Positions 49,098 to 59,900 of a DNA stretch of 64,000 nucleotides are shown here, one piece after another (position 1 is the stretch's first letter; each line of letters begins with the position of its first letter). Where the stretch lies: assembly GCA_010093605.1 (NCBI GenBank), contig MU004195.1, forward strand, positions 1,379,566 through 1,443,565, given 5' to 3'. The position numbers and the translations under genes were made by a program. The notes beneath the pieces are model-generated. The model did not search any database and was not told the origin of the DNA. It saw nothing but the letters and a program-made list of their open reading frames with translations. Source of the DNA: Lophium mytilinum. Lineage: Eukaryota.

Positions 49098-49982
49098 TCA
49101 AATCTTCCTCGCACCCGCCGTACTCGACGGCAAAACCGTACTCGCCGTCCCCGTCGCCGTAGGCTTCGCTACCGTCGCCTGCACGACCTGACCCGCCGCA
49201 TTAAAAATAATCTTCACCAACGCACTCAGCGGCGAATAGTTATACGTCTTCTGCACCAGCCCATTCCCCAGCTGCTCCGCCGTGCCCGTCTCCGTCATAT
49301 TCTGCACATAATTCCCCACGATACTGCTCACGCCCCCAACTTCCTGGACGATATTCCCCAAATTGTCCACCAAGAACGACAGCGTCGTCCCGCCCTGCGT
49401 CACCGTGCCCAGCAGCCCATCCACAGCGCCCACGACCGTGTTCACAATGGAAGTGACGTTGTTGATCGCGTTGATCAGCAGCGGGTTCAGGTCCAGCGAT
49501 TCGAAAACGCGGTTGACGATGTCGACGAGGTGGCCCAGGCGCACGATCAGTTCGAGCTCGGCGGAGATGTCGGTGATGGTGAGGTTGACTTTTGTTATGG
49601 AGAGCTGCACGCCGGCGTTGATGGAGACGATGCTCGCGACGTTGGCGTTGAGGTTGATGTCGGCTTGCAGGTTGTCGACGTCGAGCTCGATGCGGCCGAC
49701 GGAGAGGTTGGGGACGTTGAGGAGGACGTCGGGGGGGCCGGAGAGGGGGGTTGCGCTGGTTAGGGAGGTGCTGGAGCTTGAGAGGGTTATGCTTGAGGTG
49801 GAGGCGGCGGAGGACGCGGGTGTGAGAGGAGGACTTGAGAATGGAGTGGTTAAGGACGCAGAGGAGGCGGGGGCGGGGGCTGCGGTGGAGATGGTTGAGG
49901 ATTCTTGGGAGAGGCCATGTGGGACGAATGCTAGCAAAAGGACACAGGCAATGCGCCCAAAGGCAATTGAGTTGGACAGCAT
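49098..49982 (-). CDS. Secreted protein of unknown function, member A of a divergent paralog pair
   Basis: Intronless 294 aa; signal-peptide-like N-terminus, Ser/Thr linker, domain PDVLLNV...RLGHLV...ESLDLNP; strong codon bias. Confidence 0.85.
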   Translation of the reverse strand: MLSNSIAFGRIACVLLLAFVPHGLSQESSTISTAAPAPASSASLTTPFSSPPLTPASSAASTSSITLSSSSTSLTSATPLSGPPDVLLNVPNLSVGRIELDVDNLQADINLNANVASIVSINAGVQLSITKVNLTITDISAELELIVRLGHLVDIVNRVFESLDLNPLLINAINNVTSIVNTVVGAVDGLLGTVTQGGTTLSFLVDNLGNIVQEVGGVSSIVGNYVQNMTETGTAEQLGNGLVQKTYNYSPLSALVKIIFNAAGQVVQATVAKPTATGTASTVLPSSTAGARKI

Positions 49983-50604
49983 GGCTTGCGGAACGAGAGA
50001 CGAGAATTGAAGAGACAGAAAAGGGCTGAACGTTTAGGCTTCACGAGAAACAACCTCCCAAGCGCTCCACGGATGGTGGCTCGGTATATGACATGGCAAT
50101 CTACCCTCCTTTTGGCTGAATGACATTAGCGTTCACCGTTGAAATTTCCAGGAGGAGAAACCTGAATGTTCTGGGCCAGGAAGACGGAGCTGCAAGCAGT
50201 TTTCGTGATTCATGCCGGGCCGCGTTTCAGATTGACTCAGGGGAATCCCGATATACTGGGGCCTCACCCTGGTAGATCTGGGGTAGAAACCGGATTTACC
50301 GATCGGCGAGATGCTTAAACAACGCCTCTTAAGGCTGCATCCTGGTCCCCCTCAAATTCCCATCCCTTAATCGCCATGCTCTCAATTTAATTGTCCCTGG
50401 TGGCATCTCGCGTACAGCGTGCGGGTATGTAAGACGGCTTCTTCCAACAGGGCTGTCTCTGCAAAACGGCCACTCTCCCTGTCATCGCATGAATCGGTCA
50501 TTACTTTCTGGATGGTCTTTGTGTTTGTCATTTGCACTGTCTGAATGCCCATCTGTTCTTGAGCGTCTCTTCTCGTTGCTTGATCCGCGCAAACAACCAC
50601 GAAA

Positions 50605-51489
50605 ATGCGGTCCCTCATCGCCAACCTCCTAATCGCATCAGTCTCTATTGGACATCTCTTAGTAGCTGCCCAATCCACCGACGAAGGGGGCTACATCGGC
50701 TACTCCCTCACCCAGCGCGGCGACAACGACGACGTCCTCTACGAAACCGCAAACACCAACGCCAACGTCTCCACCCTCGATCCCGAGCCCGACGTCTACC
50801 TCAACGCGACCGTCCACGTCGGAGAAATCGACATCACAGTCGAGAACATCACCGCCAAAATAAACCTCGACGCGCAAGTCCTCTCCCTGCTGAAGTTCAA
50901 CGCCGGCGTCACCGCCCACATCGACCGCGTCTTCCTCCAAATCCAGAATGTCTCCGCAAAAGTCACGCTGGAAGCCCGGCTCGGGAACCTTGTGCTCATG
51001 ATCAACGACATCCTTGAGTCGCTGGATCTGAACCCCATTCTTGCTACGGTGGGGCAGGACGTGGGGAGTATCGTGAATACGACGATTGGGGGCTTGACGA
51101 CGCCGACGAATTCGCTGAAGGAGAGGAGTTACAATCTGGAGCATAATATACTGTATGCGGTCAATGATTATAGCGGGCATACGCACACGAACCGTGTGCT
51201 GGCGCAGAATGGGGATATTGTGACTGAGTCGTTGGATGATAATGGGGAGCTGAGTCGGGTGACGGTTACGGGGCATTACTTGAGCGATATGACGTTCAAT
51301 GGGTATAATGAGAGCACGACTGTGGATGGGAAGGCGGCGAGGAGGTTGGAGTATGTGTATGTTCCATTTAATGGGCTCAGGGTTGTGAGTGAGGTGTTTG
51401 TGGATGATTCGGGGGCAGTGCTGAGCACGCAAGTTCTGAGCGAGGCGAGTGGTGGAGGGAGTAGCTCCATAGGAGGCCAGGAAGGATGA
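50605..51489 (+). CDS. Secreted protein of unknown function, member B of a divergent paralog pair
   Basis: Intronless 294 aa; signal-peptide-like N-terminus, domain PDVYLNA...RLGNLV...ESLDLNP; strong codon bias. Confidence 0.85.
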   Translation: MRSLIANLLIASVSIGHLLVAAQSTDEGGYIGYSLTQRGDNDDVLYETANTNANVSTLDPEPDVYLNATVHVGEIDITVENITAKINLDAQVLSLLKFNAGVTAHIDRVFLQIQNVSAKVTLEARLGNLVLMINDILESLDLNPILATVGQDVGSIVNTTIGGLTTPTNSLKERSYNLEHNILYAVNDYSGHTHTNRVLAQNGDIVTESLDDNGELSRVTVTGHYLSDMTFNGYNESTTVDGKAARRLEYVYVPFNGLRVVSEVFVDDSGAVLSTQVLSEASGGGSSSIGGQEG

Positions 51490-51667
51490 GATGGTAGATA
51501 ATGGATCAAGGAATTGTGTTTCGGTGTTGTGTTGGAGTTCTTGCTTTATGTGCACATGATGATCAGTCTGGTTGTAAGAAGAGCTCATTAAAGTCCGAAT
51601 GCGTTTGGTATACCTATGAAATCCCCGAAAATCGGTACAAGGAAGCCATTAGCAGCAGGAAAGTTTA

Positions 51668-53416
51668 TCACCACTGATCCATTTCTTGCAAATCCGTATC
51701 GTCAGACGCCGTAGCCGTGAGCCAGTTCAAGCGGGCCCTCTCGGTGAATACGTCATCATCCGTTTCGTCACAGCACAGAAATTCGATGCCTTTACTTTCA
51801 AATGCGGTCCTGAGTTGACCTTGCCTTGGATCATCATCTTCGAGAGATTCGTCGTGGTGCCACCGTCCGTCTTCGCTCAACAACGTTATGTTGACAAATT
51901 TGAGGTTTGGGAACTGTTCGGAGCGAGAGGCCAGGCGTAGTAGCTGCTTGAAGCCACGGGGTATGACGAAGCTCAGGTTGAGTGATACGATCGAAGGCGG
52001 CAACACCTCGGAGAGACAAGTACCTATAATCAGCTCCGGGTCTGTACGATCCAGGTAACCTGGGCCCATTAGAACCTCGTAGCTCATCCAGATCGTCTGA
52101 AGTTTGTCGAACTGCCGCAAAGATCCCAAGAAAGAGTCTTCATTTTGAAGAGGAGGAACGTCTTCGACTTTAAGTAGCCTTAAATGCTCCAAGGAATCTT
52201 TTTGAGAGCGAAGAATGCGTTTTATCGGTCTCGGTGCAAATGGCGGTTCGTCCCCATCGGTCTCTACGGATTCAAGTCCATATCCAAAAGTCTTGAGGGC
52301 GGTACATGACTCTATAAGCCGTCTAGCACCGATTTCGGTTATGCAGGATTCGTGCAGGTCGATAGTAGTAAGAAGCGATGAGGATTTAGAAAAGCACCCA
52401 AGCTTAAACTCCACCAAATCTTCCATGAAAGAGCCACGAAGGATACGCAGCGAAGGCAAATCGAATAGGCAGGCAAATTGTTGCATTGACCATCCTTCGG
52501 GGCCCGGTTCGATATAGAGAGATTGCAAAGCTGGAAAAGGGTTTGCTGAGCCAAGGACGAATTTTCTCCAGTCGAGATGTGGAAGATCAGGAGCGCCTTG
52601 AAGAACGAGACGCTCGAGTTTCGGAAGAAGAGCAAGTAAAAGCACGACTTCGGCATCCTCGACCCCTTCATGGATCATTCTCAGCCAGTCAACGTCTCGC
52701 CGAAGGTGAACACTAGCACTGTTGATTCGATCTTGTCTGGAGCCATAGATGGTGGCCTGGATCAGTTCGTTGTCAAGGTCGTCGTCAGAGTAGTCGCCTA
52801 ATTCGTCCCACTCATCGTCTTCATCTGAATCGCCCAATTCATCTTCCTCGTCCTCGCCGTCCCCATGGCTACTCTCATTGTCCTCTGCATTTGTGAAGAA
52901 ACGTCCGAACTCAATTCCAAAAGGTGTTAAAGCAGGTGCCAGAGCAGGTGCCAGGTTCCCGATGTTGATGGTATCCTCACCTTCTTCATCACCCTGGTAG
53001 TGCTTGCAAAGTGCCTGATAGCTATTCCACTCGAGTTGGTCGTCCCAGTCCCCAGGCTCTGCATCTTTATCGATCACGTTGGCCTGTTTTGCGGCAGCTA
53101 CGAACAGCTCCACGTCTTCTGCGGCGATCTCTCTGACTACTCTCAGAGCCTTCATGGACGCTTCGGACTGCCACGGACGAAGCTGAACCTCTCGAACACA
53201 TCGTGCCAAATCAGGACGCTTGGCTATCGTCCTTAGGAAAGACGTGAAAGGTTGCCAATCCGGAGCCCAATTTCCGTATTCACGGTAGAGGCGGGGATTG
53301 GCTACGGCGTTGAAGTTTCGTGAGACATAAGAAAGTTGGAGCAGGTCTTTCTGGTCGGAAATCCAGCCAGCTATCTCGGAAAGTAGTTCGATAGGGAGAT
53401 CGTGTATGCGCGCCAT
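51668..53416 (-). CDS. F-box/LRR-like protein with acidic insert, paralog 1
   Basis: Intronless 582 aa. IHDLPIELLSEIA...LSYVSRNFNAVANPRLY; LRTIAKRPDLARCVR; LLLALLPKLERL; LRR-like leucine spacing. Confidence 0.85.
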   Translation of the reverse strand: MARIHDLPIELLSEIAGWISDQKDLLQLSYVSRNFNAVANPRLYREYGNWAPDWQPFTSFLRTIAKRPDLARCVREVQLRPWQSEASMKALRVVREIAAEDVELFVAAAKQANVIDKDAEPGDWDDQLEWNSYQALCKHYQGDEEGEDTINIGNLAPALAPALTPFGIEFGRFFTNAEDNESSHGDGEDEEDELGDSDEDDEWDELGDYSDDDLDNELIQATIYGSRQDRINSASVHLRRDVDWLRMIHEGVEDAEVVLLLALLPKLERLVLQGAPDLPHLDWRKFVLGSANPFPALQSLYIEPGPEGWSMQQFACLFDLPSLRILRGSFMEDLVEFKLGCFSKSSSLLTTIDLHESCITEIGARRLIESCTALKTFGYGLESVETDGDEPPFAPRPIKRILRSQKDSLEHLRLLKVEDVPPLQNEDSFLGSLRQFDKLQTIWMSYEVLMGPGYLDRTDPELIIGTCLSEVLPPSIVSLNLSFVIPRGFKQLLRLASRSEQFPNLKFVNITLLSEDGRWHHDESLEDDDPRQGQLRTAFESKGIEFLCCDETDDDVFTERARLNWLTATASDDTDLQEMDQW

Positions 53417-54319
53417 GTTGCTAGAGCCGCCAGATAATCAGTTTCCTCGTCTATGCATGCGTCGTCATCAATGCTAGACATACCCTTCGTATATCTCTAC
53501 TTCAAATAGAGTAAAAGCGTGTTCAGAGGGAAGATTGCGGCCAGCTGTCGGAGCTCGTGCGGATAGGATGCCAGGCTGGGCACCGTGGACGCGGGGTAGG
53601 ATGCAGTCGCCAATTCAGCGTTTGAAACCAATGTGCTAGTCAAGCATCAAGATACGATGCAGCGGATGGAGTTCTCTCACAAATGTGTTCTGGGAACGGG
53701 AGCATTGAAAGAACGGATGGGACAGTGGAGAGGAAGGGCTCACCTGTAGCTGATGACGCCAATCGTAGTGCAACGCGAAAACCCGTGATCTCCGCTCGTG
53801 CACATCAAAACAATGTCGATCTACAGGCAAAGAAACGCCTCCTACATCAGTTACAGCGTTCCTACTCCGAATTGAGCAACCCTGCGGTCAGGCGTGCGTT
53901 CGGGAAGTGAAAAACAAGCCACGCGTAGTCTCCTGAATCAATTTCGCGGAAACCTCACCACCACACCTGACCTCAATCACAACTTTCAAGCCTCTATCAC
54001 ATCTGTCACATCCACGAGAGTCAGGAACAGGTCACGAGAGCGAGCTGACCTTCGGCGAGTGCCGTCCTGCCACCAAGCAGCGAGGGCATGACTCGAGCAC
54101 CGACTCAATCACGAACGCCTCCAATACCACTTCTTCTGCCACGCGTGGGCAGCGTAGAACTGCAAGACGCTTCGCGTGTATTTGCGCTCCATGCTAGTCC
54201 TCAGTCTTCTACAACCAGCAAGCGTAGCTGTACACTGTCCTCAGATCCCTCCTTCTGCGTAATACTATTCTCAATTGCACTTCAAGTACAAAGTAAGCCT
54301 TGTATCTGCGAATGTCGCA

Positions 54320-56308
54320 ATGGCCAGTTTCGTGGACCTACCAGTTGAGCTCGTCGGGGAGATAATCTCATACATTCCCCATCAAGCCGATCGCTGCCAC
54401 CTATCTCGAGTTTGCCGTACTATGAACGCGATAGCGACACCATTCCTCTATCGGACGTATACCAATGATAACCAGAAACATCCGCCTCCATTCACGCCCT
54501 TCCTAAGGACTATTTCACAGCGCCCGGATTTAGCACGTCTTGTGAAGGAAGTCCGCGTTCGACGGTGGTTGACGGAGCGATGCAAGGCGGAGGCTGAACT
54601 CAGCCACGGCCGAGATAGTTCTACAGACCTTGATGTCTTGTTGTTGGATCCGCTTTTTTATGAAGACCAGAAGTTGTTCATAAGCGTGGCAAAGCAAATA
54701 GGCCTCATCGATGTAGACGCTGACGCCGGAGAGTGGGAGATGGATTCTGCAGAGATCAAATACAGTGGATACTTTGGGGCCGATTATTTCGACTTTGATG
54801 AGGGAGGGCAGGGAGCAGCTGAAGCTGGTATAGGAGGCCTCCCTGCGGATGCCATTGAAGAGGGGGCTGTACCAGAGCAAGTCGAGCAAGACGACGACGA
54901 AGAAGACGAAGAAGAAGAAGATGACGAAAATGAAGATGAAGATGAAGACGAAGAAGCAGAAGGAGATGAAAGTGACGAAACCGACGAAACCGACGAAACC
55001 GACGAAACCGACGAAACCGACTCCGACTCCGATTCAGATTGGTCGGCTGGGTATAATTCCCGTCGTCTAGAGCTCTATGCATATAAGGTAGATTTGCCTT
55101 CGGGCGACTGGAATGTTGACGGTACTGCTGAATACAGCGACCCAGATCAGCACAGGCGCCAAATGAGGGCTGCACGATATCTCAGACAGCGATGGGGAGA
55201 AGTGCAGCTGAGACGAGATGCAGATTGGCTGAGAATGCTCTTTACCAGTGTTGAGGATGCGGAACTCGTTCTCTTGCTTGCCCTACTTCCAAACCTCGAA
55301 AAGCTTCAACTGAACGGAATGCCAAATACCCCATTTCTTTGCTGGAAGTCCGTCATTCTAGAGTCATCCTATCCTTTAAGGTGTCTCGAGACTCTCAACC
55401 TCAACGTAGGGTCAATGGGGTGTTCATTAGAGCGCGTCGGCCGCTTATTTACACTTCCCTCGCTCCACACTTTCAACGGTCGAAACGTCTATGGATGGAG
55501 GGGATGGGGCGCTGATGGCTCCTCGTCGAACCTGAAGACCATCAACCTAGACAACTCTTTTCTGACTGATGCAGCTGCAAGAGACCTGATAAACGGTTGC
55601 ACAGGTCTGGAGACATTTGGATTCAGTCACCACAAATACGGTGCACGTTTCACAATCGAAACTGCGCACGACGGGAATTTTCAACCGAGATCTATCATAG
55701 AGATCCTTCAATCACAGCGGCACTCCCTAACCAATCTGAGGATCGAACTGTGGTCCACATCTTTGGGGATTAGGGAAGCACTGTCTCCAACCTTCCATGC
55801 ACCTGACGACGCAAGTGACCTGCTCATGGGCCCCTTGAATGACTTCGAGAAATTGGAGACTTTATGGATAAGCTACGCGGATCTTATGGGCCCAAGTTAT
55901 CTTGAACACAACAACCCAGCTTTATTAGCTCCTTGCCTTTCGGACGTACTACCATCGTCTCTTAACACCCTCAACTTGAGCGGTGTCGTCAAACGTGGCG
56001 TCGATCAATTACTGAGAGTCGCAAATGTTAGCTGGAAGAAGTTTCCCAATCTCAAAGTGGTCAATTTGAGCTTGCTGCCGCCAAAATATGGGGGTTTGAG
56101 CGACTCCGACGTTCATCAGCTTATCTCTGCGTTTGATGCTGCGAATATTGAGTTTTTGTGGTGTTGGTGGCCTGATAAAATCTTCAAAGATCGGACTCTC
56201 AAGAACTGGGGACCTGGCGTCCCGGATTTCACCCAAGCTCAAGTCATGGACTACTTTCTAGATGTCCAGAGACCTGTAATTTCACGTGGCATTGCCCAAG
56301 TGAGGTAG
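54320..56308 (+). CDS. F-box/LRR-like protein with acidic insert, paralog 2
   Basis: ATG at 54320, intronless. FVDLPVELVGEII...LSRVCRTMNAIATPFLY; LRTISQRPDLARLVK; LLLALLPNLEKL. Confidence 0.85.
   Translation: MASFVDLPVELVGEIISYIPHQADRCHLSRVCRTMNAIATPFLYRTYTNDNQKHPPPFTPFLRTISQRPDLARLVKEVRVRRWLTERCKAEAELSHGRDSSTDLDVLLLDPLFYEDQKLFISVAKQIGLIDVDADAGEWEMDSAEIKYSGYFGADYFDFDEGGQGAAEAGIGGLPADAIEEGAVPEQVEQDDDEEDEEEEDDENEDEDEDEEAEGDESDETDETDETDETDETDSDSDSDWSAGYNSRRLELYAYKVDLPSGDWNVDGTAEYSDPDQHRRQMRAARYLRQRWGEVQLRRDADWLRMLFTSVEDAELVLLLALLPNLEKLQLNGMPNTPFLCWKSVILESSYPLRCLETLNLNVGSMGCSLERVGRLFTLPSLHTFNGRNVYGWRGWGADGSSSNLKTINLDNSFLTDAAARDLINGCTGLETFGFSHHKYGARFTIETAHDGNFQPRSIIEILQSQRHSLTNLRIELWSTSLGIREALSPTFHAPDDASDLLMGPLNDFEKLETLWISYADLMGPSYLEHNNPALLAPCLSDVLPSSLNTLNLSGVVKRGVDQLLRVANVSWKKFPNLKVVNLSLLPPKYGGLSDSDVHQLISAFDAANIEFLWCWWPDKIFKDRTLKNWGPGVPDFTQAQVMDYFLDVQRPVISRGIAQVR
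54974..55022 (+). repeat. Coding minisatellite (GACGAAACC) x5 encoding DET repeats
   Basis: GACGAAACC tandem units within a GAA/GAC/GAT-rich acidic tract (54891-55040). Confidence 0.9.
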
Positions 56309-56951
56309 TTGCGAGGTAGTAAAATCGTGTGACCTTAGGAGCTTCGCCAGCAATATCTATACAATAAGAGCCGTCGAGATCTAAGATCACATGTTTAATA
56401 TTTGGAAATATCATAAAACGATGCCGACTTGACCGTCATGAAGAAATTTCAACAACAGACCTACAACCTTGGAAAGAAAGGATATGTCGTGAACTAAAAG
56501 CCGGCCGGTTAGCAGCTTGGAGCTTCTAGGCGCACGGGCCATGCACCAAAGGAAAATTGACCTCTCGTTGAGTCATCGTCGCCATCACAGTCACAGCCTC
56601 GTAGCAGATGCGAACTGTACCAGCGGGAGCAGTGCGCCTAGGCGTCTACACTCATAAGTCGCGCATAGCCACATGAATGGGAGTCACAATCCCGACCGTG
56701 CACTCCCGTAGCGTAGCTGAGCTGAAGTAGGAGCTGTCGGTGTGTATATACTGCTCAAAGTCCAAATAGTACTCACTATCAAATCCGCACTTTCCTTCGA
56801 TTCGTCGGTCCTTCTTTTCTCCGGTGTTGTTATTGTCTTCATCGTTGGAATCACTTGCTTGACCAGGCCGCACAGCTTTATCAGTTACTGTTCTTCAGGA
56901 CCTTTCTTTCCCCCAACCCACCCTCCAGTCCCAATTCGAAAGCTTGCATTT

Positions 56952-59900
56952 ATGGCGGCCGTCGAGAGCGCTCCAGCTCATTTGAGCATTGCTGTGGACT
57001 CCTACGAAACTGCCCTTTGCATTATTCCCCCTGCCGATCTTTGCCACGACTTGGACCGCCTTCGTTCAGTCTACGACAAGCACCATGGGAGATGGCCTCC
57101 CCATATCAACGTTATCTATCCCTTCGTCGACGTCGAAGACCTTCCACATGCGACTCCTTTGATTCGATCTGCCTGGGCCGATGGGCTAGCGGCAGACGAC
57201 CTCCACAAACTCCGCCTCAGCCTCGGACAAGCCGACGTCTTTTCTCAGCCACATAGCAACACCATATTTATTTCTGATGGTGATGACACTCACATCCAAT
57301 CAATATATGCAATTCGAGGTTTAGCCCTGATTGCTCTAGGGCAGGAACCTGGCCCTCTCCATTACCATCTTACTGTTGGCCGGAGCGAAACCCAAGATAC
57401 CGCTTCTCGAGATTTCTTGCTTGAAAAGGCCAAATTGCTTCCTCCGATTGCATGGACGGTACAAGAGCTAGCTATACTTGTTCGTGAGCGGACGTATAAA
57501 GATGGCATCGTGTCAAACCGAATGAAGGTCTGGGGTACTATCCCGTTACCTTCCAGCCACACTATTCTTTCGAAGGAAGAACTATCAGACGAGGAAGAAC
57601 TGCAGGCTGAGACCGTAGAGAGTACCACCACAAGTAAGGCGGTTCAGCCAGGATCTACGTACCGCTTCTCTTCGGAGAGCACTTCGTGGATACTTTACGA
57701 ATCATCCATCTCGCCAGAAAGCCAAGAGGATATGCCAACGTCCATACGAATCTCGAGCTACAACGTACTAGTCGATTCCATGCATCCGCCCCCACGGGAA
57801 AGATACCCGCTTCTTGTCGAGACTCTGCTCTCCGCCTCCGCCCAGGCTGACATCTTAGTTTTACAAGAAGTAACGGATGATTTTCTTTCTCACCTTTTGA
57901 AGATCGAAGAGATCCGAGAATGCTACCCTTACACCACCCACGGACCGGCTCAGCAAGCCGACATTGGTCCCATGTCAAGCCTCCGGAACATCGTCGTATT
58001 GAGCCGCTGGGCCTTTGGCTGGGAATACGTTCCCTTTCAGAGACGACACAAAGGGTCGGCCGTCCTGAAATTCGATAGCATTGGACTCAGGAAAGGATCC
58101 GACTTTTACCCTCTGGTCATTGCCGGCGTCCATCTAACCTGTGGACTCACCGACGGATCTGTCGCTGCGAAGAGGTCACAAGTCCAAACTACGATATCCC
58201 ACCTTTCCCGCACCTATACAAAGAGCCCATGTATCATTGCTGGTGATTTCAACATTTCCACCTCGGAGTACACAATCAATGAAGCCTGCAAGAACCACAA
58301 GATATCTCCCAACACCGAAACCGGAATCCGTTCTCTGGAGGCTATCTTCTCTGACGCAGATTTTTCCGATTCATGGACCGTTGCACGCGTTGAATTAGGA
58401 GAAGCTACGGACAGATATACAGGCAAGGTGCCTCATGATGTATTTGAGGGTGAAGAAGGAGCGACATTCGACCCAACGGAAAACCACCTTGCTGCAGAAA
58501 CATCTGGGAGCCCAAGCAATCGACCGCAAAGATACGACAGGATCTTTCTTAAGGGCCAAGAGTCCTGGCACGTGTGTTCCTTCAACATGTTCGGTCTGCC
58601 TGATGACGAAGACGAGGTGGGACTCTGTGCCAGTGATCACTGGGGCGTTCGTGCCACTTTCAAGACGTCCGCGAGCAATGAAAATCCCAAACCGGCAGTG
58701 GACCTTCATGAATTAGGCCCAGTGTCAGTATCGAGGACCCCATCTGCTATTCTCAGCAATGAATCACTTCTTGCTTGTCTCCAATCCTCACACATGGCTC
58801 CTACGCAAAGTGAAATCAATCAGCGAGAGGACGTGTTCGCCTTGCTAGAAACCATTATGAATACTCGTTCAGACCTTCCATTTATTCTCGTTCCCGTTGG
58901 GTCCTACGGACTTGGAGTATGGACTACATCTTCAGACATTGATTGCATGTTTCTTGGGCAGATCAGCTCGAAGACGTTCTTCGCTCTTGCACGCCAGAGG
59001 ATTCGGAAAGCATCGGATCTAGGTGTTCGGCTCTTGAGAAAGGTCGATGCGAAGACTGGCACTATGCTAGAAATTGATGTCAGAGGCGTACGAATGGACA
59101 TACAGTACTGCCCTGCTGCGAGGATTGTCGAAAGGTATGTATACTTGCCCACCTTTAATATTTTAAATTACAAAAGTTAACCCCCACAAAGCTGGCCTGA
59201 GTCCATCCGGCGACCTCCTTCCGATCCTATCTTCAGTCTAGCCATGCAGTCACTTCGAAAGCTCAAGGCGTTCCGAGACCAAGAATATCTCCAGCGCACG
59301 ATACCTGATCTCGCTGCCTTCCGAACTGCGTACAGATGCATTAAGCTCTGGGCTCAGCAACGCGGTATCTATTCGGCCAAGTTTGGGTACTTCGGTGGTA
59401 TCCATATCACCCTAATGCTATCTCGAGTCTGCAAACTCGTTTCCGTTCTGCGCGGTACAGCTGGGATTACTGCCGCAGATATCGCCAGCGTTTTCTTCCA
59501 TCACTATGCCGAATTCGACTGGAAGTCCGACATGGTGTTTGACCCTTTCTTCGACAAACAAGTACCAAAATATTCACGACTTGCTAGAGAACCTATGGTT
59601 GTCCTTGGATTCCACACTCCTAACTTTAACACTGCAAACACTGCATCTGTACCATCAGTCAATACGTTGGTCGAAGAGTTCAAACGCGCCGATTCCAAGC
59701 TGTCGGAAGAGAGCATGACCTGGTCCAAGTTTCTGGGAGGCAACGTTGGAGACAACGCCAATGCGGTAGAATCTCACCCAGGCGCACGGGACTTTCTCCA
59801 CACATATGACAGCTATATCAAGATTGGCGTCAATTACTGGGGATCGTCTCTGAAGAAAGGCAGCGGGCTGGTTGGTTGGCTCGAGTCCAAGTGCGTGCTA

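Noticed and set aside
56742..56951. Hydrophobic in-frame N-terminal extension of the RNA-repair protein
   Set aside because: It begins at a non-ATG codon and is pyrimidine-rich UTR-like sequence; the first ATG (56952) sits just before the 2H domain.
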